DNA of 64,000 nt from Setoptus koraiensis. Its lineage: Eukaryota > Animalia > Arthropoda. A model generated the notes under the pieces. It saw only the letters and a list, made by a program, of their open reading frames with translations. It was not told where the DNA came from and searched no databases. Made by a program: the position numbers and the translations under genes. The stretch is from contig CM106586.1 of the NCBI GenBank assembly GCA_048013815.1, positions 21,204,001-21,268,000 on the forward strand, given 5' to 3'. Below are positions 25,201-35,200 of this stretch, in pieces (the stretch's first letter is position 1; each line of letters starts with the position of its first letter).

Positions 25201-26115
25201 TCACATTGTGACGGCCACCACAATTCTGGTCAAAATCACTGCCACCATAACAATGCTGATGATAGCAAAACAGATAAGAAATAAGCCGCCTATTTTAGAG
25301 TGAGAGCCCGATAATCTGATTTTGGCCGGTCACACAATATGTCCACTCATAGAGGGATAAACCGGGCCAAATTCGAGATGTCGAGCATAGAAAGAAAGTT
25401 GAAAAGAGCGAAAGAATTGAAGAGTTGGATGGATATTCGGCTTGCTGAACTGATATTAGTCTGTATCCGCGTGACTGCTTAATCGGCAGCCGATCATCAA
25501 TGTATCCTTTGAACTACTACATCAAGTCAGAGAACCAAGCAGAGGATTTTCTTGCGGCCCAGAATAGTAACAATCAATGAGAATTGCTGCATCATTGAAA
25601 TTGTATCAATTCGACCATTCAACATTGAACTTTTAGTTTCCGGCAATTCAATTTTGGATGTACAAAATCGACATTCTGATACATGAGAGACATGGTGATA
25701 TTCCATATTTCGGCTGCCCTGCAGATGAACTATTGGGGGTCCCAGTGAATATCAAACTGCAGCTGTATTTTTATCGAGTCAAGCTAGAACGAGAAACAAG
25801 ATTTTCGTCGGTCACCCCAGCATTGCGGGCTTCCCATCTCACTTGATGATTTTTTGTTGCTTTTAACGTGCCCATGCAAGGGTGGCCGTCTAGAGCTTTC
25901 CAGATCTGTATTGTGTGATGCTTTTGGATAAAAAATCAGAGATGCCTTTGGATCTGCATGGTGCTCTGATAAAAATCAATCATCGACTCTGATCGTTCTT
26001 GTATGACTACTGCACTCACATTGATGGATTGAGACTCGCTCCTAATGACGGGTAAGTTTGGCAACGATAGCAAGAATATAGCCGATACAATACATATGCA
26101 ATATATGTGATGCAT
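25201..26115 (-). pseudogene. Possible decayed type-I membrane protein gene nested antisense in the GPCR intron
   Basis: Signal-like MHHIYCICIVSAIFLLSL at 26115 and TM-like GGLFLICFAIISIVMVAVIL ending at 25201, separated by several stops and frame changes. Confidence 0.2.
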
Positions 26116-27923
26116 CGACGAAAGAGATTGCAATCATAGCTATCTCACAAAATACATCTGAGCCCGATAAAACAACAAACTATTGAGAGTTCGAAGAGTT
26201 GTTTATAATATCCAAAAGAGGCTCGCGGGAGTCTAGAAGAAGAGATTTGACTCGATAGTGCAGTGTGCTGTATGTTGGTTGTTATACTTTGTAGGGACCG
26301 GGGGCGCAACCGAACGCGTGGGTCACTAATTAATATAATGATCTATATCAATCAACTCAGTCTCAGTTCATTAAAGTCGGAAGAGCCAAAATAGAGGAGC
26401 TGCTCTAGGATAAGCGGCCCCGGTCAGTTCCGTTTTTACTTGTGAGCTCATATAATACGATGTTATCTTGATATCCTTCCTTTGTCATTGTTGTTGCATT
26501 GGCAATTGCTCGAATCACTCATATCAAGATTCCCAGAATTTCCGAATCTAAATGAGCAAACGGGCAAGGATCACTACAATGACATCTGATAGAATCGCTA
26601 TCATAAGTTGTAGGTGGCTCCAATTACACCAATCCGACTGCATATTGTTAATATTATCATTGTTTGGTTGGTGCAATGGCACAACTATCGCCTCCATCAA
26701 GCAGTTATTTTTCGATAAATCATTTTTGGTCTTGCTGAGCTTGCAACCAACAAATTATGCAATCTAGCCATTAGTAAGCTAGGAAAAGGCAACAGCGACA
26801 ATTGCCACTATAATCTAACACAAACACATTGCCAAGGGCAGAATATCTGATCACCTGGATTACTTCAGCCAATTGTGTTATTCTCGATCATTAATACAGT
26901 GGTGGGTACTTAATGATATGCGAAACCAATATAATTAGAACCAAATATAATGGCAATAGTATCAGATTATTGTCGCTCTTGACGCCTATCGACTAGTATC
27001 TGTATTGAGTCTATCTCCCCAAGGAAATATAATCAGATAGATATCACATCGATTTCATTGGACGTAGGCCTTGATCCTCAGACGAAATGCCATTAGCCTG
27101 GCGAATTGTACAGACTTGTATGAAATTGCCCATTCAATTTGGAGATCCAACGAGCCCCAAGGGTCAATCATCTACAGTGATATTTGTATTCATCATCAAT
27201 ATATACGGATACATATTGTCATGTTAGCACAGCCCTTGAAGTGTCTGAAACTCATCGAAACTACTAACTGATCAGTGATAATTTACGTCATCGTTAGTTT
27301 TGTTCTGCGTTTTAGTCTGACCGGCCTCGTCTTTTTCGAGAGCGGTACCAGTAAATTCATACGACGCTTCGATGAATTACATGACTTTCGATGTGGATTG
27401 TTAGCGAAAGCCATAGGGAAATTGAGGTTGGTCTTGGCAAGATAGAAATAACTGATGGCGTCGGCAATTGATTCTCATCTCAGTTGCATATGCTGCAAAG
27501 CTGCTCCTGAGAATTGTCATTTCAGCCCATCCGGTTTATAAGATTCCTCTTAGCTCGGGTCAATCGAGACTTTCACAGAGCCGGAGCGAGAGAGAGAGAG
27601 AGACGAATTATTCATCATATCCTCTAAAGCGAAGCCGAATTCGGAAATAATTTCAATTCTAATCAGTTTTCGCTAGTTAGTGTACCGTGAAAAAAATCTA
27701 TTGGATCATACAGAGAAATGACATCACTAGAATATGTCAGACTAATTTATGTAGTAGTTTATTCTGATCAATGCAATCACTTCAGACTTTAAATTGCTCA
27801 CCGATGGTCATGTCATCGCTTGGTGGCGATGACATAACAATGAGAGCAAGAATTTTTAATTTTACTTTATTCCACTCTGACATTAATGCGTTATAACTCT
27901 CTATTTATCTTTGCCCCCATCAG

Positions 27924-30900
27924 CAGATAGACATCATCCATCATTGCCATCATCACCATCATCATTCTAGGCGTTTGCATGAGGCCATAAGGCAGCTCAA
28001 CTATAAGTTAGCGACAGTCAACTATCTCAATTTATCACAAGCAGTCTCAAGAAGCTATAGGAGAGAGGTTAAAAGTAAGCATGATAATAAAATAATTATC
28101 ATCAATCACAATAATACTCATCGTTGTGCAAATTACAAAAGTCTCCCATGCTCTTCCGCCGTTGAAACAAGCCGATGCCTTCTTATAATTTTATATCTTT
28201 TTATCAAGACTGGTGCACAAACAAATTTCTTCGCAATGTTGCTCATCGCCTCAACACTACCCCAACCCCAACCACAAGCCCAACCTCAACCACAACCTCA
28301 ACCACCATCAACACCGCAAGCACCTCCAACAATAGCAACACCAACAAAAATAATGATATCAACAGCAACAGCAACAACAACAACAACTCCAAGTGCAGTA
28401 ACATTATATTTTGTAATCAATTCAAGCCAACTGAGTGCCTTATCAAAACTTGACAGAATTTCGGCTCGTCATGGTGCGTGTCGCAAGTTACAGTTAGAAT
28501 CATCAAGATTTATTTGTGTTTGTGTCGTATGCGGTCGCAATCGTTTGCTCCACATTACTGCCAAGGAAGCTGTTTCAATGCAGTTAAGACAACGACGACG
28601 CCAACAACTCATCATCATGTTAATGACGGCGGCACTCGTGATAGTAGTGTTGTGCTGTCGTCAAAGTGACGTATCAATTGTTACAACGATAATTGATGAT
28701 AGTGATTGCGCAACAATAACAAGAACGACGTCGAGTTTACTAAGCTCGTATTCAAATGCTTGTCAAATAATAGAAACACAGTGCAGCAAATTTACTAGAT
28801 TAATAATGGTGCGTTTTGAAGAAATAGTTGCATCTATCGCCACGGCAGCAGCTAATGCGCTCGCAAGCCTAACTAATGCAAAATTTATGGCCATTTTAGT
28901 GTTTCTTAGGCAACGACAATTTAATAATTGTCACCGCCATGATGACAAGAGCGCACAATTAGATAATTATGAAAATTGCATCATCAAATCATTGTTGTAT
29001 CAACACAATTGGCATGCAAGCAATTCGTCGTCGTCGTCGTCGCTCGTGGCTTGCTGCTGCTGTTGTTGTTATGTTGTGTTGAGCAACACTTACGTAATTG
29101 ATGGTGACTCAATGTCGAATGGAAACAAGCAACAAATCATTGGCAGCCATGTAAGAAGAATGTTATGCCAACTAATTGTCACTTGGCCGTATAAGGATGC
29201 GCATAAGTCACAATCAATATCACTGCTGGCATTTATGTTTGTTTTGCTCACAGCAGCGTTCGCCTGTCGCCTTTGTGATCCAATAGAAATACTACTGCCA
29301 TCTAGTCATCACAATCTGTCGTATAATTGGTGCGTCGACTCACCTGTTGAGGTTAAAGTGCCATCAAACAAGCGTCTCATTTCTATCATCAGTAGCGTAG
29401 TTTTTCGTCTGACAGGCTTACGAAATGGGAGCCTGTCAGTGGCCTCATTGAGTTGTCGCCACAATCCTTCAATTCATGGCAATGATGTAGATTGTGTGCC
29501 CCATGAGCAGATTTCATCAATTTGCATAATATTCGCCACTATCACAACTGCCACCAATAGTCGCCAAACAATCGCCAATCATGTGACTGAAGACCCGAAA
29601 CGAGTAGCGAGCCTCTCATTCGAGTCCGTGGTGAATTTGTCGGACAATGACGCCAACTTCATGAGCGGACATAGTAAATCATTGTTGCACACATTGCGGC
29701 AGCAGCAGCATCAGCAGCATCTATTTTCACACTTAAATTCACACAAAAATTGTAGCTTGCTAAGGAACCGTTGGCAAGCTGAAATGCTACGCGAACAACA
29801 ACACCATAACAACAACAATCTGGAGACGGCTATGAGGCTCGACGAAGCTCAGACGTTCCTCTCAGATAACACGACTAGCCAGATTGATGGCGAAACAGTT
29901 AAAACAGCTGCTCAAACTTTAAGAATATCAGCACAAGCTCATGGGCGCAATGCCAAAAATGGCAATCGTCGATGGATTGGAATAGCGATATTTTACAACA
30001 TGTTCATAATGCAAATTGTTTTATTGCATTTGCTATTATTGGCCCAGCAAACTGTTCATGGTTTTCAGCTAGAAGTGTCAATAAACAGCCATGAAGAGGG
30101 CCCAGAAAAGACACTGCTCAACACTAGCAACACTAGCGACGGCATTGACACAACTACTACTCAGTTGGACAATTCTTTCGGTCAAGCAGCGCCATCGAAC
30201 CAGTCTGATGGCTATGACACAACTGACATGGACAATGTGGCGCCAACAAATGATACAAATGATGAGTCGTTTGAAACGCAAACACAAACAGAACAGGACA
30301 GTGCTGAAAATTCAACAAATTCACCTGAAGACACAGATTCAAATCCTATATCACAATCAATAGATCCAGACAACCCGCTCGAGCCCATTAATTGTACCGC
30401 TATGGCGCTAGCAAAACAAACTCACCTGCCCGATTTGTTCACCTGGCCGATATACGTTGCCTACACTCTTATATTCAACATTGGTGTTAGTGGCGCTTGC
30501 ATTGTCGTTTATGTCATTTACAAGAGCAGAAAACTAAGAAGAATGGGTAACACTTATTACCTGTTGGCCAATCTAGCCGTAAGTAACATAGTGATGGGAT
30601 GCACAGCGGTGCCCATAACACCCCTGTACCTGTTGGTGTACCAGAAATGGGTATTTGGTAGATTCTTTTGTCATTTTTTGCCATTTATCCAAGGAGTGGC
30701 CGTTTATGTGGAGGGATTTTCGTTGTTGTTAATGGCCATAGATCGCTACAGAATAGTCATGAATCCATTCATACCCCGTATATCGTTGGCCAGAATGAAA
30801 TTGTTTGTGGGTTTCACATGGATTCTTGCATCGGTGCTGACATTGCCCTACGGCTACTACGTTCGCTTGTACCCGGACCAGTGTCCAGAGGATCAATATT

Positions 30901-32279
30901 GCGAGGAGGTCTGGCCTAGCGAATCATATCGAAAGATATTTGGTGCCTCAACAATGTTGGTTCAATTTTTGGTTCCGTGGTTCATCATAACCGTGTGTTA
31001 CTTGGAGGTTAAATTTAAATTGGACGATCGCTCGCGACAAGGCAGACCGGGCGCCAATCTAGTGCTGAGACAAACTGTTGCCAGATCTATGCCGTCCACT
31101 AGCCGACTGTTGAATACAACAACAAATAATAATAATAATGCACAACAAACAAACAATGGTATAACTAGCTGTTCTAGCATGAAGAGGCACCATCATCGCC
31201 ATTGTAATTTGTATAGAATATCTGCCGCCCAAGCGTCAGCGTCGTGCGTTTCCTTTTTATCGGGATACGCTGCGAATCAGCGTCAAGCTAACCAGTCACC
31301 GCAAGACATCACCGCATCCATACCTTGCCTGGTGGTTCATGATCCCATTACAACATGCGAACAACCGGAAACAACAACGCTGAACAACACCATTAATAAT
31401 CAAGATAATCAAGTGCAACACGAAGACAAAGAAACACTTCCGGTGCAACCACCCATTGTAGTGTGCCAAAAGGACCCACAAGAATTGGTGCAAACCAACC
31501 AGCAACCGTCTTGCTGCGTTGCCGAAGTGCACGACGCTGCCGACCAATCCGGCCTCATCATGATACAATTACACACACAAACAATACCTGTTGCCATAGA
31601 GGAACGTCACCATTTAGAAATCGATCCACCTACAACAAGCAGTATCATTAATCAGCAGACTTCTTGCTCCAGTAAGGAAAAATCAAAATTTTGTAGTTAC
31701 CTGTTGCATTTCTGGTGTCACACTATTTGTCGTCGACAGGCCAGTTGCAGCTTGAACGCAAGCAACAACAATGTCAACAACATACATGCTCCCAACAATG
31801 GAACAACAACAAATCAACAACAGTATGAACAACAGCAGCAAGGCACAATAATGTGCAATTGCCAGACCCATTGCGAAGACAGTTTGTGCTGCTGCAACAT
31901 CAATTGCAACGAAGAGAGAAATCTACAACAAATACTAGAACGACAGGTGAATCGAGAACAAAAAGCGAGAAGTTTAAATACCACCCTGATTGCCATGATT
32001 GCCTTCTTTGTCATATCGTGGCTGCCGTTAAATTTGCATAATATTGCCCAAGATTTCTTTCGTGAATCGCTCAATTCACATTTCACTCTTTGGTTTTTCA
32101 TGGTGGGACATTTAATGGCCTCCAGTATGATTGTGCACAATTTGTGGATTTATGTCTGGTTGAATGAGCCATTTCGCGAAGAATACACAATAATGATGGG
32201 CCCAATATATGCAAGTATTTTTCCTCGCTTCATATCGTCAAAGTTTTGGTGGGGCAAGCAAAAACCTCAGCACCTTTAG
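27924..32279 (+). CDS. sNPFR: Class A neuropeptide GPCR, short neuropeptide F receptor-like (main exon; 7TM ~30440-32190)
   Basis: NLAVS..AVPITP; WVFGRFFCHFLPFIQG; AIDRY..NPF.PR; LPYG.Y; YCEEVWPSESYRKIFG; QFLVPW..CY; SWLPLN; WLNEPFREEY. These match sNPF/PrRP-type receptors. The frame is open from 27897, with a pyrimidine tract and CAG acceptor at 27923. Confidence 0.9.
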   Translation, partial: QIDIIHHCHHHHHHSRRLHEAIRQLNYKLATVNYLNLSQAVSRSYRREVKSKHDNKIIIINHNNTHRCANYKSLPCSSAVETSRCLLIILYLFIKTGAQTNFFAMLLIASTLPQPQPQAQPQPQPQPPSTPQAPPTIATPTKIMISTATATTTTTPSAVTLYFVINSSQLSALSKLDRISARHGACRKLQLESSRFICVCVVCGRNRLLHITAKEAVSMQLRQRRRQQLIIMLMTAALVIVVLCCRQSDVSIVTTIIDDSDCATITRTTSSLLSSYSNACQIIETQCSKFTRLIMVRFEEIVASIATAAANALASLTNAKFMAILVFLRQRQFNNCHRHDDKSAQLDNYENCIIKSLLYQHNWHASNSSSSSSLVACCCCCCYVVLSNTYVIDGDSMSNGNKQQIIGSHVRRMLCQLIVTWPYKDAHKSQSISLLAFMFVLLTAAFACRLCDPIEILLPSSHHNLSYNWCVDSPVEVKVPSNKRLISIISSVVFRLTGLRNGSLSVASLSCRHNPSIHGNDVDCVPHEQISSICIIFATITTATNSRQTIANHVTEDPKRVASLSFESVVNLSDNDANFMSGHSKSLLHTLRQQQHQQHLFSHLNSHKNCSLLRNRWQAEMLREQQHHNNNNLETAMRLDEAQTFLSDNTTSQIDGETVKTAAQTLRISAQAHGRNAKNGNRRWIGIAIFYNMFIMQIVLLHLLLLAQQTVHGFQLEVSINSHEEGPEKTLLNTSNTSDGIDTTTTQLDNSFGQAAPSNQSDGYDTTDMDNVAPTNDTNDESFETQTQTEQDSAENSTNSPEDTDSNPISQSIDPDNPLEPINCTAMALAKQTHLPDLFTWPIYVAYTLIFNIGVSGACIVVYVIYKSRKLRRMGNTYYLLANLAVSNIVMGCTAVPITPLYLLVYQKWVFGRFFCHFLPFIQGVAVYVEGFSLLLMAIDRYRIVMNPFIPRISLARMKLFVGFTWILASVLTLPYGYYVRLYPDQCPEDQYCEEVWPSESYRKIFGASTMLVQFLVPWFIITVCYLEVKFKLDDRSRQGRPGANLVLRQTVARSMPSTSRLLNTTTNNNNNAQQTNNGITSCSSMKRHHHRHCNLYRISAAQASASCVSFLSGYAANQRQANQSPQDITASIPCLVVHDPITTCEQPETTTLNNTINNQDNQVQHEDKETLPVQPPIVVCQKDPQELVQTNQQPSCCVAEVHDAADQSGLIMIQLHTQTIPVAIEERHHLEIDPPTTSSIINQQTSCSSKEKSKFCSYLLHFWCHTICRRQASCSLNASNNNVNNIHAPNNGTTTNQQQYEQQQQGTIMCNCQTHCEDSLCCCNINCNEERNLQQILERQVNREQKARSLNTTLIAMIAFFVISWLPLNLHNIAQDFFRESLNSHFTLWFFMVGHLMASSMIVHNLWIYVWLNEPFREEYTIMMGPIYASIFPRFISSKFWWGKQKPQHL

Positions 32280-35200
32280 CGGTGACGCGGCGGCCCCCAA
32301 AATAACACTGTGAGCAACACTAGGCAAACATGTTAAAAAGTCGACCATAATCAGGCGCTAAGAACCAAACTAATGTTTGCATTGCAAAGACGAAACAGAA
32401 ATCCAATTTGCGACTTCCGGTCATCATTTACGTCATTGGCCCTTTTTTAATGCTGCTGCAACTGTTTGTATCAAGAAAAACAGGCGAATGTGACTTTTGC
32501 GCTTCTTCAACGAAATGCGCCGAAAAATCGTAGCCCAGAGTTTCACGGCCAGACAAGTTTTTCTATTCAGAAAATATTCGCTTGGGCTCGTGTGCAGAAT
32601 CGGCTGTAACAACCAGGTCAGTGCTACAAGCTTCCGAAGAGCGGATTTTGCCGAAAAGATCTAGGAGTATATTTACGATAGCATCCAGTCGCTTCGAAGT
32701 CAGTGCTTGCTCAAGATGAGTGAGAGAAGAATTCATTAATCAAATAAAATGGTCCACAGCTAAAGAGCGTTAGCCCTGTCTGCCCCATGATGTACGATGC
32801 ACCTGTCTATTTGCTTCCTATTTATTATCCTCAAGAATTTTGTTCAAGCGCTATGTCATGTACAACATGTTACTTTTCTATCATGGCCTCAAGCTATCGT
32901 ATCGTCCAAAACAAGTTAGCGGCAACAGTGAACTGTCAACCGTTTCAAATATACATGCCAAAATTGGCATGATAAAGCGATGGGTTCTAACAACACAAAA
33001 AGAATATTCTCACCACGCGTTCAAACGGACAGCGTCGAAATTGTTGCAACGTATCTAGCCAACGACATTTAGTGAAATAAATAAACAGAAACAGACTTTT
33101 TGGCAGTAGTCAGTGCGTCAGTTTTGCCAGTTTTGATTGAACAATGATAATAACAATGCCATCAATGATGACTCGCTCAGTAAAGTAAGCAAGTTGTAGA
33201 TGGTTTGGTCAAGCTATGTCATGGGCATGCGAGTACTGTAATTATTGTGTCAGTTTATCAAAGAAAAAACACAATCCTGGTAGTTGTGTTACATGGTGTT
33301 ATATGAATAGAATCGTTCATTGAAATTCAAGTCAAACATTGCTTTTATTGCTGGGCCCCATAATGGTTGCTAGATGAGGAATAACACAGGCAGACTTAAG
33401 ACGGCAGGCGAGGTGTTTCACAGAAGCGTACATGTGCAGTCACGTAACTGTTGTTGTTTTAACATTGTCACCAACTCGAGGATATTATTGAATGATTATA
33501 ATGCCACGCACATAGACTCTTTCCATGGAATCTGCAATTGACACATATAATTCAAAGTCCATCGGCAATGTCCTGACAGAACAATAGAATTTGATGCCAA
33601 CGCTGAAAAAGTCGCGCGAAAGTGAATGATTGTGATTTGTTTTTTTTGTATGTCAAATCAAAGTATAATTAAATCAATTGATATCATTGTTAATCGCTGA
33701 GCGACACAAAATGAACAACTGACTTGAGAATGTTGAGAAAGCGATCTAGCGAAGAAAATCTTCACAATATGTATGTGGTAAATTCGTGTTTCTAAGTGTA
33801 TCTGCAAGTCCCAACCTTTGTCTATCTAGGCTATCCATACAACATGTAGGAAAGTAAAATTCACATTAAAATTTTATTACAGACTATTTTTCTCTATAAT
33901 ACCAGTCACACGCGTCTTGTTATATACTTCCAGTTTGTTCCAATAACTAACGAGGATTCTTGTTTATTTTTGGTTTGCCCTCACAGTAGGCGCCAAGCTT
34001 GAGCATGTTCAGTGGAATTGTTGGGGTTCCAAGTGAATATTCGTGGCGAACGCATCTATCTCCGCTAAAGTCATGGTACCCCATGGTGACATACCGGATT
34101 TCATGACTGATAAACTAATCAAGCATTTTCTGTATGGTCAAATATCAGAAGAACACGAACTAAATGCTTCGGATGGTGTTTACTTATTTGGACATTCCAT
34201 TGAGATACCGGAGATATTGGATAGATAAAGATGACCTGAAGCCAATATGACAGAATGGCTGACATGAGGTCTACATTTCGAACTATATACCACTTTTTTG
34301 GTTTATTTTTCGATCGACTCTCGCCCCTCCCCCTGATAGTTTTGTGTCTGGCAGTGGAATTTCTGGGGCGGATCGTGATATGTGACCGATAGGCCTCGCT
34401 ACTGAAATTAGCAGCCTCTTCCGTGGGGCCGAAATACTCACTTTTACTATTTCGCACCCGCGGACAATATTAGAAAATCAAGAATATGCTCACGATCAAA
34501 TAACCTGGGGACAGAATAAGGTCAGACCAATGTGCGGTGAATGAATATACTTGAGTTTCCGCCAACGCAGTCTAGTTGGAATGGGGAGTCGCACAAATTT
34601 GGCAATAGATCCAGCCAAAGTTATCGTTTTTTGTTAGACAAAATCTCGAGCGCCTGTCGAGCACAATGATAAGACCGTTTTCCAGAGATGAAGGTGAGAT
34701 GATTGATGGAAGCGGAAGAGTGATAAAAAAGAATATTCTCGCATTTCGTGATCGAGGACATCGAAAAAATTAAAGCCTCAACTGGCTGTCAATATAACGC
34801 CTCGAGGTGATATTTGGCGTGGGTGGCTGTTTTTGCGAGCGGCAATATATGATTTGAACTTTGTTTGAACGTTGTGAAAATTGATTTACTAATATATTAT
34901 GCCGGCAATATTTCGAAATAATTTTCTGGCATGAATAACTTACTTTGTCTTGCCGAAATATGGTGATCAAGTTATTTGCTAGCCTGATAGGCGCAGCTGA
35001 AGAGGCAAATGGTCGCCTAGAGAGGATTGATGAAAAATTAAAATAAATAAATAAAAAAAGAGATCGATAGCACAATATTCGCTGGTATTCATATCATGTG
35101 ATAGAGCATTCCGAGAATCATTCAAAGCCTTTGCCTCCCTATTTCTCCCCTAAGGAGTAGCAGTAATAATCGTTAGACTCTTGTGATGGACAAGTTTTTG

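Noticed and set aside
25690-34100. HGDIP and TTGGGG.TCC.AGTGAATAT similarities between 25.7 kb and 34.0 kb
   Set aside because: The motif order is reversed between the loci, and 18/21-nt matches are expected by chance in 64 kb.
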